The notes under the pieces: generated by a model
Databases searched by the model: none
Told to the model about the DNA's origin: nothing
What the model saw: only the letters and a program-made list of their open reading frames with translations
Assembly: GCA_040954595.2 (NCBI GenBank)
Contig: CM082577.2
Span: 1,302,001 to 1,366,000 of the forward strand
Source: Balanoglossus misakiensis
Taxonomy: Eukaryota > Animalia > Hemichordata
Length of the DNA stretch: 64,000 bases
Reading direction: 5' to 3'
Part shown: positions 1 through 14,372 of the stretch, piece after piece
How the letters are laid out: every line of letters starts with the position of its first letter
How positions within the stretch are numbered: the first letter of the stretch is position 1
Made by a program: the position numbers and the translations under genes

Positions 1-667
1 CGATGGCAGTATGTACTGATTGGAGTACGTTTGGACAGGTGTCCAAATGTAATGGAAGTCGATCCAGGTGGCCGGCTACGCTGCAATATTCTTGTGGCGT
101 ACATTATATTAAACCTATTAGTGAACCGACGCGTGACGTCATTTTGCTGATAAACATTGGGGGCGACAACATATACTGCTCTGAGTTCATATTATGAATG
201 CAAAGTCTTCAGTAATGGTGGGCTGGAGCAACGTTCTTAGCCAACCTCACGTACACTTGAATGCCCTACATTTCACTCGCTTCGACCGATTCTTCCTTGA
301 GACAGACTGCTCTTTCTTTCGCCAGGCTGGCGACGATTTCCCATGATTCCCGTCGGCATATCGAAACTGAAATGATGTGCTGTCTTTAAAATGAAAAAAT
401 GAGCGATTATTTTATTCACGCGTCACTTCTACAAGAAAAATGTGAATTGCACAGTACTCGGCCTGACAAGCTTATGCGAAAACGAAACTTTGGGCTGGCT
501 TTCGCTGAACTTGGCTTGAACATGGAACTTTAAACAGGAGTCACTTTCACGCTTGTCGTAGAATAATTGAAGGCAAAATATTTATAACGACAATATACTA
601 GTATTTCCTCCTTTATAAGGACAAAGTTGATATCTCGATAGTCCTGCAGAGGGCGCACTGCACGATG

Positions 668-3600
668 CTACGCGGGTATCATGACTTCGGGACATCGAAG
701 CACCAATCTTTCAGAGACGTCGTTTTCTTCTTTGTGTTCCACATTGCCTCTCCGACACCGGGCAGTTCGTTCCCTTTCATCGTGTTCATCGTCCTCCTTG
801 TGCCGTTGTATATAGAGATACACACACATCACACCACATACTTCGCTCAGAGCAAACGACACGACCACAGAGATGAACGAGAACCCGTATGTGTATCGAT
901 ACATGTGTCCCTCTTGGTTGGGGGCGTCGCTCAACACGTCAGTGATGTTAGTTAAATAGATGATGATTCCAACGACTAACGTTAAACCTGAAAGAAGAAA
1001 TTAACAATAATGATAATAAGTAAGAATGTTCAAGTAACTTTAATAGTTGCCATTGCAGAATTTCGAAATGGCACTGTAAATTAGGGGTTCGAATGTTTTA
1101 AGATTAGAGGCAATGAAAATTGAAATTTCCGAAAAAAGGTGTAAATGCATGGTTGTGTATATAGCTATATACCAAAACTGAGGCGCAACGTACGTACAGT
1201 TCAGTCTGTTTACTTTGATGGGAACACAGAAGAGAGATGGGAACCTACCTGCTGTAATAAACATGACACCGGCCACAAATGTCCAATGTTTTCTGTTGTG
1301 TTTCCTCATCGCAAGAATTCCTATCACGGTTCCTACAATCATCAGTATCAGACTGACACAGGGGAACGGAGCGGCTGCTCGGATTAAACCTGTGTTGAAG
1401 AAAGGAGCGTTTCTCTAATCAGTACAAGATTTAATACACGGTAGACGTTGGAAATTGAACAACTTCGGAAGAAATTGACTTTACATGTGCATGAGGTTCC
1501 TGTGTAAAGATGACCGACCGACCGACCGTGAGTTGGTTGGTTTGTTGGTTGATTAATTGGTTGATTGATTGATCCCACATAGAAGATAGGTTGACGCTAC
1601 CAGTGGTACACCATTATTTTAGGTTGGGGGAGGGACCATGGTGTATACTATTAGTTTGCAGGTAGATCTAGAAGGTCAATGAACTTTCAAGACAAGAAAC
1701 CCACGGTGAACTAACGTTGATTTTCCAGTTACTCACGTGCAACGGCAGTAGTTGTGTCTGACTCAATTATGGGAATTGGCGTGAAATATTCAATGGTCTG
1801 ACAACCTATATCAGCACCTGGAATATAAAGCGTAGAACTTTAGATCCATCGATCGATGATTCGATTTAAAAGGGAGTGGGGGGAAAAATTAATGTAAATG
1901 GCGAAGGTGGTGATGGCAAAAATGTAGATAGGAATACGAAAATACTGTATGCAGTGGTCATGCGTGGTCTACGTGATATTAATGATGTGCAATTTTGCGT
2001 TGAAGCGAGACAATCATGGACATCGTTGCAATATTAAGTTCGGGCTTCGATCTATTAAAGGCTATATAATAGAGAAGGATTCAAAGATCTAGGCAACCGT
2101 TGCTAAGGAGAATTAGCAATATCACCGGCAAATATAGAGTTTGGCGTTTTCCCTTGAGACCGAAATAAAATAAAGGCCACGAAAATAGGACGCACTTTCA
2201 GCGTCATCGGCTACGCTTCAAAGCAAAGAGCAGTAATGACATCTGAGGCTTGCACATAGAAAGCATTCCTTGATGTCAACCTGTGTCCAAATTAAATCTC
2301 AATTTCGAATCAACACTGCTCTTTCACTGCTTAATTTTCTCCGAAATACGCATTTCCAGAGTTTGAAAAAATAGTCCACAACAATGTTAATATTGTTGTA
2401 CTGGGAGAACGTACTTAGGTATATTTTATGTCGTTAGTAACATCTTATTTTCGTGTAGGTGCTGTTGGAGCATAGCAGTGATAGAACAGTGCGTGATTCT
2501 AGCAAGCAGATATCGAGAATGCTAAATTGGTTCTGATAAATAAAATCGGGTGCTTGAAAAGAAGTGGCTATAACTAGTCGGTTGAGGAAATTGTGATAAA
2601 TCGAATAAAAGTGTCGGAATCTTCATCTGCATTGATCTGGAAAGATAAAAAATGGAATTGGATTGTAGGCTGGCGGCATCGAGATTAGGAGCATCGATTT
2701 ATACAGAACATGCGTGAGATTAAATTTGCGATAATATTGATTGATTGCGAGAGTATTGATTTTGAAGTTACCGTTCTCTACACGCCTGGGATTTTCCGTT
2801 TTGTTGCTGGCTTTCCAAGTTTCCAGCGGTTTTGTTGAAACGATAACTTGGGTTACAAACAGATAAGGAAAAAATACCCGGATTAATGAGTGTTTTCACT
2901 ACACATAAAGCTGCAGTTAGCATGAATAACGAGGTAACAATCGATTCGCATTAATTGGAACCTCCCCGCACATCTGATGAAGGGCCTGCGTTAATAATGC
3001 ACGGAAGTTCAGTTAGCATAAACACGATGTCGGCCAGCGGGACGGAAATGCAATGATAACATGCTAAATTAATGGCTTTCGATGAGTAATGGTCCAACCT
3101 GAGAGGAATAACAGGACAAGATAATTAAGGAGGCGAACGCACGTGTGCATACAAAACACGACGGAATGCCGTCCGTCGGATTGCAAAGACTTTCCCTGCG
3201 CAAATATGCATCCCATGTACAAGTTCGATGCCAATGCTCTGCATGCACGGGTTCTGCACTTCACGGTGTCTGAAATTGCACACTCTATTTTGTATGGATC
3301 GATGTTGACATGTTTGAGAAAGTTATTGTCGTCTGTCCTGATAGCGCACAATGGATGTTTGAGCCGGTGTACGATTATGTCTTCGTGACGTCATTCGGGC
3401 TGTGAGCGTTAATTTGACACCTGAAGTTGGATAAATTGTGGGCGCGGAGAACTTCAACTAAAACGCTGCCTTCAGAATATTAAGAAGCACTTCTACACCT
3501 ACGAAGATAAACCAAACGACCAACTGTTCGTGGATATTCTCAAGTTGCCCATGTTATTTGCACAAAAGTCATCTTGGCCCTGTCAAACGATACAGTAACT

Positions 3601-5369
3601 ATCGAGCGACCACTTATCTGCCGTAATCTCTTAACTTTATTGCTGAACAAAAACGACAGTTGCACGGAGGGAATATTAGAAAATAATTAAATGGTAATGC
3701 TAACAGCTTCACTTATTGATGTAGATGGAACACATTTATCAAATGCTTACGTAGGTAGATATTAACAGGTTCATAATTCTACGGAGATGCATTAGAGGTT
3801 TTGACACTAGCGTCGTGATCTGAACACCAATCAAAGAGACAAAATTACCCACAAGACGGTGTTTGTGGAGCAAAGTGTAACGCTATGCATTTCTCCATTT
3901 TAATAATGACCAGTGAGGCTAACAGAAGTGTCCACATTTAATCCGACGGGTAGAATAACATTTTGACTTTGATTTCCCCCTCAAAGATCGAGAGGAAAGC
4001 TAACCTAAAGCCAATACTCGTTTTATAATAAAGGCCAACTATTCTGGGCAGCTGATCATCTGTCCTAGCCGTGGACCGACACTTGATGGCGGCCAATGAG
4101 AAAACATTTGTCGAGAGAATGCAAGCGTTGAATAGTGGATTCTGATTTGGCTAAAAGGTTTTCGATACAGTGATCCATGAAAGTTTAATTAGTACACTTT
4201 CTACATACAGATGTTACCTGAAGATACGCTTTAGGTTTTTTATAGTCACCAGCACATGACGCAAAAGCCAACTTGGTTGAGTCTCATAAGCTTCCTAATT
4301 TATGATGTTAAATGGATCTGCCTCAGGTCACACACGTATGTTTGCAGACAGCTGGTGTTTATTTCTTGCCGTTAGTGTACAGCGAACTGTTACAAAACTG
4401 ATTACTGGAGGACAACTTTAAAGAGTGTTCACGAGTTCAATGCACTACTGCCTCGGAAGAATTCCCTTATTTGTCTTCAGCTATATACATACAACAACAG
4501 ACGCATCACAGGGGACTCTCTATCCTGTCTCCAACTTGTTCACCCTAATCACTATTTATGCCTATCTGACTGCTTTGATGAAAACACCATTCCAATGGGG
4601 GGCATTAGCATGCCCGTGACCAGAAGTCTAGTTTTACCCACGAGTACACATCGGACAAAGGTACACTAATGGTGCACGGTTTAAATGCGATTTTACCTCG
4701 AATGCCCCCGGGGTCCTGAACGCTTCCGACTAATAACTAATTTATGAACAAATTAATCACGAAAGACCCCGAGTCAGATGTAAGCATTACGACGTATGCA
4801 ATTATTCATATAGATTTATTTTCAGAGACCTTGACCTGTCATGTGAGCATTTTTACAGTTTTTACCCCAATTTGATAAGTTTAGTAGCTATAAATTCAGC
4901 GTTTAATGTTTAATTTAGATTTCTATAAATAACAAATTCTGTACTGTGTCCAATGTTAAGTTTGAAATGTTTGGTCAATCAGCCCTCAGCCTAAGTAGTT
5001 AGTAAACTCAACTTGTAATGTGTTCTCAAATATAGAAATGGGAATTCCATAGTATAGTCCAATTCTCTCGTGTCCACATCGACATGTGGGTCTTAGATGG
5101 ATGGACATTTAAAACACTGTAAAAGTGAAAATGGAATTTAAAAGAGAGACGAAAAGAAGAAACCTACCTGACGATGGACACAGTTTCCACAATCCCGAGT
5201 GAGTTAAAATCTTCATAACTATGGTGCCATTTTCGGAACTCATCTCATATTGTTCAACGGAATGAACCCAATGGTCGGTGGCGACGCCGATTCCCAGTAA
5301 ACATAGCGATGCCACATAAGCAGCGGTTGTCGCAAGAGAAAGCAGACGTCCATATGTACACCCCAGCAT
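668..5369 (-). CDS. Voltage-gated calcium channel gamma / TARP (stargazin)-like PMP22-claudin superfamily tetraspan protein, 4 coding exons, ~247 aa
   Basis: Exons 5369-5168, 1817-1737, 1389-1249, 987-668 (744 nt, GT-AG, phases consistent). Motifs: ATDHW, THSGLWKLC, GCQTIEYF, LIRAAAPFP, AGVMFITAG-LTLVVGIIIYLT, YRYTYGFSF, matching the CACNG family layout. The exact CACNG subfamily cannot be assigned. Confidence 0.88.
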
Positions 5370-8120
5370 GTTTAGTGTCAAGGTTGCCGCCCTATGCAGT
5401 TGAAGATGAGTGATAGTGACTGGAAAAAACAGTCAAGACACGTTACAGAAGACAACTAGTGGTTGATTGTCGAATGGACGCGTTCGAATCTGGCTCACCG
5501 ACCCCAGCTGTTTACCCACCTCAGACTGTCCTCCTGGCCGGGGTTCTGTCACGGCATGTATGTGTAGTGTTACGCCGTGACCAGTGAATGTACTGTCAAC
5601 CTCTCGATGGCAAAGTGCTCCTTACACTTGTAACTGGATTGCTGAATTTAAAATTATAAACAGCAGGTATCTTGGCAGTAAACACCTCCAAGGCGACACA
5701 TCGGAAATAGAGAAGGATTGCGTCCAATTGCCCGAAAACGTCGCCTAAACTCTTCCTGATCGTGTAATAACCACCTGAAACCGAATTTCTACATCTCAAC
5801 GCGAGACTTGACCATTAGTCGGGAACTTTTACTGCATGTGATAAAACAGAAGGGGCGTAAATGTAACAGTGAAAATGAGCTCAATCAGGACGAGACATCC
5901 ACGGGATCTATTAGCAGCCGAAAATAGGACGACATTACACTTGGGAGCAGTGACGCTCAGAGACAACACGTCATTGTCTCTGATTGATCGCGGAAAGAAA
6001 GGACGACTCTGCTCTGCTTTACCTTCAAGAGAAACTATGGGTTGCAAACAACTCTCATATTAAGAATCCGAAAATGAACCATCGTGGAAGGTGCATGGTA
6101 TCAGTTTTGTGCCGCACAATTAAAACCCCTTTCCCACCTAGCGTTAAACTAAGTGGCTTTCCTGAAGTTTGACACTGTCATCCACGACGGTGCAGAGCAA
6201 TAAATTTCTATGACAGAAAAGCATTTACGGTCATACTCACCCTTCCCATTTCAAAAATACACCAAAACGAATCTAATTTTCCCACCTGTCTGTTCTAGAA
6301 TAGCAAAAAGAGAGAGTTTGGAATGAGTAATGAAATGCTATTAGAGGAAGACAATACCCGTGTTACCGAAATCACCTCGCATAGGGAATTCGTCAAAGCC
6401 ATCTATGATAAAGGTAGAGCCATAATATGTATCCTATCCACTCGCATGGCTTACAGCAATTACTCCAATGTATGCTTTATTGCGCCTCTCATAGTGGCGT
6501 CCCTGGGGATCACCCATCTGGATGTCATGTGGCTGTGACGTCGAGACCACTGCTGCAGATAATGTGATGCTCTTGTAATCATCCGTGTAGACTTGTGTGT
6601 TGCTTCATCAAAATACTACTGGACACCCATATTAAAATACCAAATCAAGTCAAGGCGCACTGCATTCGTTGAATTTGTTGGTACACACCCGTTTGCATTC
6701 TCTGAACTTCTCCGTACAAGTGCCCACAAGGAAATTCAGAGAAGAAAATCACCTGATAAGATTTCGAGAAAAACAGGTGGTTACACATCGCGTAGCGCAC
6801 AGATCTTCTCATACTGATAATTTTTATCACAGAGGAAAATGATCGGCAAAGCCTTGGGGGTAATTTTTATCAGTTTTCAATGTGTACTTTTATTCCCAAG
6901 GAAGCGATGGTACATGTTTTATTCATGGCTAAGATGTCACATTCAAACATATTTGCTTGTTTAGAAATAAGGTTACAAGCACTAGGTAGGATTAGCTCTT
7001 CCTGCATGAATGCACATAACGCCCCCGAAGAGTTCAATTTATCATTGATGATGTTGACGATTGTTTGATTGATCTATCAGCTTCAATGAATAATACTGAC
7101 ATTTGTCATATTTGAAGTATAAAATATGGATGGCAAAATCATTTGACCAAAGAGTGAGATTACATTTTGGACAGGACATTGATAACGACACTCCGATCTA
7201 CTGCTAGTACACCCTCGTTTCTAAGACTGAACAGTCAGTCAGCCTTGATGTGCCAGATCGTCTATATATTTCAGTGTGTGTTTTTTTGCATCTGTACTTT
7301 CAGAAATCAAAGTATGTGGTGTGGTGTTTATACAGAAGCCTTCAAACATACAGGCCCCTTTTTTATTGCATGAATATCACAACTAGTACAAATCTCCAGC
7401 ATGCAAGTTTTGCATACAAAGCACATTATGATTGACAGATACAGGTTTTCTGTGAAATTAACAACAGTACATGAATGTAAATAGATGGCCAAAGGCGATG
7501 TGACTGAAAAATGGGAGTAAGGAGTAATTTGAGTGGTATATCGAACCTGCAACTGCAGCTACAAGTGTGAATGCGTGGTCATGAAATATTTCTTGTTGAA
7601 ATCCTCTGTGAAGGGCCATCAAGTTCTTGGAGAGAGTCGGATGTGATCACTCATCCTAATAAATCTTCATTAGCTAATCTCATGATGAAAGCAATGAAAG
7701 CCTTGATATGCTGCACATCATGTTCCACTGAAATGTCGCAAGCGCTGCCATGAATTTTCAACACAAACAGCAGACATGTGCCAATGATGATGTATGTCAG
7801 GGGTCATAGGTCACTTTATAAAGTTTTATCCAGGATGAAGGCCTAAAATTGTACAAAGCTTCAAACATGCTAATTTTACTAACTGGGTGATCCTAAGTAA
7901 CATTGAACTAAAAGTTTCTTTTCAATTCTTTCTGGTTTTATTTGTCTGAAAGTTCTCATAATTCTTGATCATGTGCACTACAACACAGACCATGCATTGT
8001 CTATGCTGGATGTTGTAAACACAGAGTGTCTGTGGGAATATATCTGAACGCACACATCAAGACTTCACATTCCGCGACTGTACATTGTTCATCACTCTCC
8101 ACATTTCCGATGCTGGAAAT

Positions 8121-11100
8121 TCACATTCCATAACTAGGCATTTTCCCAGATATTCCGACTGATGGCATGTCATCGTCTTGTATTCCAAGGCTCTGTAAAG
8201 GATAATGTAATAAGAACGTGAAATGAAAAAGACCAAATCAAGTTTATTCTGAATTCAACATTTTTGGTTCAAGATATTTCAATTTTCATTCAAGAATTAC
8301 AAATAACTTACCTTTTGTACATACTGCGGATTAACTGCAATTTCTTGATCCATTTGTTTAATTCTCTCATCCAAGTCGATACATTTCCTCATCTGGAAAA
8401 AAAAAGTAAAAGTGGGATTATCGATACACATTTTGAGAAAGTATCCCAAGCTCTGAAGTCCAGATCAGATGTGGGGATTGCCATGGCGGAAATACATTGA
8501 ATGATACCTACCTCATCATCCAGATGCCTTAACATGGTTGAATTTGCATATTTCTCTGGGTTGTCATGGAAACGTACCATTCCATCTTTTTTATTGATTT
8601 TTGCAAAAATCTCCCCATCTTCTATCTGCAGCGAAAGCAAAAGTTGAGGGTAAAAACAGAAAATTGAAATAAAATATGTTTTTGTCTATGCAATATCCTC
8701 ACACAACACACTGAATGCAGCGATTCCAATCAAATGAAACATCAGTAAAAACCACAAGTGCCCATCAGACAATGAAAAAGAAGGACTCACCATATGTAAA
8801 ACATACTGCTCTGCCTCTTTAGGACCCGGTAACTGACACCTTCTGGCAATATCAGCCAGCGACAATGTCAAAAAGGTCTGCAAAATACATCAAAAATAGA
8901 TGTATAAAAGTACTCTTTATCACTTTATCAATGGTCAGAAAAGGTGTGGGGTGTTCAATCTGGCCTTTAGAAAACGATGTCAATGCAAAATGAATTTGTT
9001 TTAGTGTGCGAATCAAAAACTTACCTTCGTCAATCTCTGAATGTTCTTTTTGTATAATGATGATAAACACTGTTTGATTAGACCCATGTTTTGATCCTGG
9101 GGTGAAAGAAAAAAAACAATAACAATAACTAACTATATGAGTTTACTAAATTTATTAGTAATTCCTCAGTTGGACATATCTAACAGTCATTTATGATACA
9201 ATCTTATGAATATTGTCAAATTTCTTACTTACTCTGTTAAACTGATCATTGTGTTTGACCACAATGTTTCGCAGTTCATTGGGATTGTTGGAATTGTACA
9301 CAGTGGCAAACTCATGGTAACACTGGCTCAATGGCTGTTGATAAAAATAAAAATAACATTCAGATGCTTTAAGTGTGATAAAAATGGGATAATAAGAGAC
9401 AGAACATTTTGGGGTAGTTGAAAATTGGCAAAATTTATATTTGACATTACCTTGACAAACCTTGCCACAACTTGCGATGTATATTTTGGCAAGTTTAAGA
9501 TCTTGCCATGAAGAATCAGGGAAACTAAAATGAACTTCTTATAACCCTCCAACATGATGTGACTAACTGCCATACTTGGAGTAGTGATTGCCTGCAAACA
9601 TATGGAAAAAAATTCAAGGAACCGGAAATAAGACTGAAATCATGAGGGAAGGGAGTTGGGAGTCAAATACCATGTCACTTTGAGTTTTCATATTGAAATT
9701 TTCCAATACAATGAATAAATGCACCAAACCACATTATTCCTTTCTGTACTTACCACTTCAAAGAAGTACATTGCTTTGTCCCATCTCTTCAGAGCCGAAT
9801 AAATCATGCCACCGTAATAATAGAAACACAGGAAATTTGTGGCCTCGTACAAACCACCCTGAGATGAGAAAAAAAACCCAGATGAAAACCAAATTTAGAA
9901 ATATTGCACACAATATTATTCCCAAGAAGAAGATGCATTCAGGTTAAAGTCAAACTAAACAAATAAGAGTGTAATTAAGAGTAGCACACCACCTCCCACT
10001 CAATATTCTCACTTACCTCTTTACTGATTTCAGTAATGTCAACATTCATGAACGGAAGTGCTGGTTTAAAACATTTGGAAAGGAGACAAAGCTGTGAACA
10101 GAAAAACATGAGAATCAATTAGACTTACTGCCACCTAAATATGGTTGTATCACACTGTTGGAGGGAATCACCAGTAATCATTTTCAGTAGCAGACATCGT
10201 TATGTAATTTGGAGCCTAACATGGCGAGAACTCAATTTTATTTCCTTCGCTTACCTGACAGAGATCGGCATGTAGCGAAGTCAGCTGTGCTGGATGTGTT
10301 TGTATTTTAGAAATAGCATTGGCTACGATATCAATTCCTCGCAGTGGTTGTTTCTTATCGACTAGGGCTCTGGTCAGGTGATGAGCTAACATTGCGTCTG
10401 AAAAATAAAATTACTTGTTGTGATAAATCATATACAATATGTGAGAAATTAAATGGATGAAATTAATTGGATGAAAACGAGAGAAAAGGAAGAAACATAG
10501 AAATGGCAACTTTTAGACTATATCACATAAAATTGTACGGAATAATTGAAAATATAATAAAGTAATACAGACTTACAACTGTCCGTGGCATAGCGTACTT
10601 GTTCACCGTTGCACGTGGCAAAGAAAAGTTGAACTTGAGAAAATAGGGTTTCAAAGTCTGGGGCTGAAGTTGCTGGCAGCGTGAACTTGACATTCCTACA
10701 ACAACAGTACAGAGACACATAACACTAATACCCGACTACATGTATATGACTAGGCTGTAAAGGCAACTCATTTGGCTGTGAATACAGACATTGGCAATTC
10801 ATAGATTTTCTGCAAAGTGCAATACCTAATTAATTGGGTACAAGTGGAAAATCTTGGTACTTACAGAACAGCCACAACACCCAATGAATGTAGCTGTGGA
10901 TCCAGCGTTCCAAGTAAATTATCTAAATTAGCTGCATTCTTTGCCAACAGGTCTGTACTTCTTCGGATTTCTTCACAAAGCTGGGCAAAGTTGCCTGTTC
11001 AGAAAAATAGGTACCAATACATATTATAAACATGTTTACATACATTTGTAAACATGTCATGTAATTGTTGATGTTTATGGATAGTTTGTTCAAATTTTGA

Positions 11101-11461
11101 ACCATGGCTCAGGCTGTGAGAGGCCAGATTTTAAATGATTCACCAAATCTCTCAAGGTACTAGTAACCTAACTCAATACATGCCAATGACCAAGGTTTTA
11201 GGTAATCTTGTTTCACATGTTTCACCAGACATTCTGTCACATGATATCACAATTCACATCCCATGCATCCATCATCACCAAGATTCAAGTCAAAGATTAC
11301 ACAGCGGATACAAGGTCTCACGCGATTCCTCTGACATATATATCATTTGACAAGCTTCTGAAATGTTTCAACCAATCGGTAGTGACATAACAATGACAAA
11401 TGTTACCTTGCGCTGATAAAGTGCAGACGGAATTCACAAACTGTTCCAAGGGAGAAGCCAT
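8121..11461 (-). CDS. COPS3: COP9 signalosome subunit 3, 13 coding exons, ~431 aa
   Basis: Exons 11461-11407, 10994-10865, 10695-10577, 10397-10255, 10091-10017, 9858-9754, 9591-9451, 9334-9233, 9096-9025, 8877-8791, 8625-8512, 8392-8312, 8192-8121 (1296 nt). Motifs: [98 protein letters not shown] (PCI domain). Confidence 0.96.
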
Positions 11462-11617
11462 CTTGAATTTGCTGGGTTTGATGCACGCTGGGTAATTTGT
11501 GCGACCTGACCTGATTTGACCCCTGTGACCTTTGACATCGGCGCCGGGCACAACAACATACCACTTGCTACACAGTCCACTGATAGTCTTCCAGTGGTAG
11601 CACACTTTTTTGTTGGG
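11462..11617. promoter_or_regulatory. Compact bidirectional promoter / 5' UTR region shared by COPS3 and NT5M
   Basis: Only 156 bp separate the divergent ATGs. It contains a cluster of TGACCT-like half-sites (~11503-11538), and a YY1-like AAGATGGC overlaps the COPS3 start. The TSSs are not visible from sequence. Confidence 0.7.
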
Positions 11618-13396
11618 ATGACTTTTTTTCGAATAATCAGAACATCCACAAAGCTTCATCTTCAAGCATCGAGAACTATTTCTTCAAATTCTTGTAGAGC
11701 TTCAGCGTTGCCAGGTCGTACATGTCGTAGATCACTTTGCCTGTCCATGTCAACTTTACCCGATGTCCGAGTTTTGGTGGATATGGACGGCGTTATAGCC
11801 GATTTCGAGAGACAGTTTTTAGACGATTACAGGGAAAAATTTCCCGATGAACCATATGTAGAAGTTCATGATAGGAAGGGGTTTTACATCAGTGACCAGT
11901 ACGATAAAATAAAGCCCAATTTGAGGGTGAGTTGGATGTCGGTATGTATATCATTTTTGTAGTTTTTCCGAAGTCTGATGGAGATCATCTTCTTGTGATT
12001 GGTTGGAGAGTGGTAACTAAGGTCTGGTCCTAAGTACAGGTATACAGGGTCACTTTTATTTCTGGTTCTTTAACTATCCTCTCCAGTAAACATCTTGGAA
12101 ACCACAATCTGTAAGAATTATTGACTTTAATCATAATGTAGAAAATGGGGAAACAGGAAGTGAGAAAATATAACAATGATTTATGATTTTCAACATAAAT
12201 TTTTATGGTGTGAATAAATTATATAAAACATATCAATAGATTTTGCACAGAATACCAACTGTTGAAGCAAATTGTAATAAATACGTGTTCCAAAAATATT
12301 TTCAAGTATAGGATTTTGTTTTCCATAATATACCTTTTCTCATTATGTATAGGAAAAATGCTATTCCATATTTCAAACTCCTGGATTCTTTCTAAATCTT
12401 CCACCAATCCCTGGGGGATTGGAAGCTGTAAAAGAAATGGACCAAATGCAAGGGTGAGTATGGGAGAAACAGAAAAATAACACTCTATACCGTGATTGGA
12501 GATATTCACCCTAAATTTTGAGTAAATATAGTTAACGCTATTGTTCATTACTGTTACATGATGTATGTAAATCAGCATTGTAGTCATACTTTAACAGAAT
12601 TATTCATTCATAGTATCCGTGGGGAATGAAACAATGCAGCATGTACTGTAGATTTTGTATGTTAATGAACCTGATTTTAATGAGCTAATAAAACAATAGA
12701 CATTCAGTACCATTTTCCTACACATTGTATGCAGTATGTGTCAAGTGTATGGAAAATTGTCTTTTCTGTTGTGTTAAGTTAAGTAAGAAGGTATCAATTG
12801 TATCTGTAGGGTCGAGGTGTTCATTTGTACAGCACCAATCAAAGCATACACCTACTGTGTCACAGAAAAGGTAGGCTGTTTATTTTTTTGTTTTGTTCAG
12901 TCAGTCTGAATAGTTATAGATATAGTTACTGAGATTTCACACTTTCTAAATCAAACTGCGAAGAAATTTGAGATATACTGAGTTATTTTTTTTCCAGTTT
13001 CAGTGGATTGACAAATATTTGGGAAAAGAATTTGTCAGTAAGCTGATTTTAACTCGAGATAAAACAGTTGCCAATGGAGACCTGCTGATAGATGACAAGC
13101 CTGAAATCACAGGTAAAAGTTAAAAGTTTTCTTAAAATTGAGGAATTCTCATGAAATCCACTCAGTGATGAAACAGTTTTGAAGCTGCAGAGAACCTGAC
13201 ACAAGAAAATCTCTTTCACCTGACAGGGGCAGAGAAGAATCCAATCTGGGAACACATATTATTCACAACTCCACAAAACTCGGCTGTTAACAAACCAGAA
13301 CAAAGAAGACTAAATGGATGGCGGAATCCCGATGATTGGAGGGAAATCATTGAAAGCAAAAGACAAGAAAAACTTCAAGCTATTAGCAACAGATAA
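11618..13396 (+). CDS. NT5M: 5'(3')-deoxyribonucleotidase (NT5M/NT5C family, HAD fold) with N-terminal mitochondrial-type presequence, 5 exons, ~251 aa
   Basis: Exons 11618-11926, 12353-12453, 12810-12870, 12998-13112, 13227-13396 (756 nt). HAD motif RVLVDMDGVIADFE, VFICTAP, LILTRDKT, LLIDDKPEITG, WEHILF. Confidence 0.93.
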
Positions 13397-14372
13397 CAGG
13401 AGTGTTAATGCTTTTTAGATGTCTGTGATATCTGCATCTGCTTGGTACTTTCTCAGTATTTATTCAGCAAGAATTGACAGTAGAATTGTCATGATTTGAG
13501 GTTTTGTGTGAATAATCGTGTGCTTCCCGAGGGTATGGATAATTTTCTGCTGTAGCGCCATATCCATCTAGTGGTCATTTTTTTTTTTTTTTTTGAATCA
13601 GACATTTGCAGCTTGCCAGTGAATATGGATTGTTGTTCATTTCCCAGGAATTTTACATTTTTACATTCTTCTTTAAAAAGATTTTTTAAATTACATAAAT
13701 ATAAATCAGTGATTTGATTTTTTAAACTCATCAACTGCTATAAAATGTTTTAGTGATATTTAACAATTTTAACATCTGATTAAAGTGAAATTTGATACGC
13801 ACACCGGGGATAAATGTGTAATAAATGCTGATTTGCCATGTCATTTATTTGCTAATGTGCATAATAAACTTTTTTTCAAAACTGTGAGAGCATATTCACT
13901 TTAAAACACGAACGACATGAACTTAAAAATACAAATGCGATTTCTGACGAGGCACAACATGTAAGTACGCCCTCGACGGTCATAATGGTTGAACAACAGG
14001 TTTCAGATGCAGTCAGGCATGAAATTGAGTTTTTGAACAGGAGGTCGGAAATTTCATGCAGAAAATTTCTTCATTATCCTTTGTGAAGGCTGGATCGATC
14101 ATTCCCTTGGCTCAGAAAGATTGCATATTTACTCCAAGTGTTTGCCGTCCGTGTTGATTATTTTGGAACTTGCGGTAAATGATATATGGACGGTACAAGC
14201 GACGGCTTCCGTGTTTACATGCGCGCCATGTTGGAATGACTTCAAAATCCAAACTTGGCACCTTGAGCAGGTACATCAGTTAACTATGGTCCTGCCAGGT
14301 GTTTATGTCACAACCAGGTCGTCTTGTCTCCATTCTGCTCTCCATGATCCTGCTTATTCGGTGTGATCGGTG

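Noticed and set aside
1-400. Possible extra exon or gene left of the CACNG-like stop (acceptor-like site near 385 on the minus strand)
   Set aside because: All three frames close within ~45 codons and there is no recognisable motif or matching donor. Probably UTR or intergenic.
2410-2640. Exon-like segment in CACNG-like intron 1 (acceptor near 2637, donor near 2414)
   Set aside because: Stops in all frames. The true exon 2 is 1817-1737.
13164-13224. C/D-box-like pairs (GTGATGA...CTGA) in NT5M intron 4 and Rac intron 1 (~38603-38650)
   Set aside because: Too short or overlapping the 3' splice site, with no terminal stem or recognisable rRNA guide.
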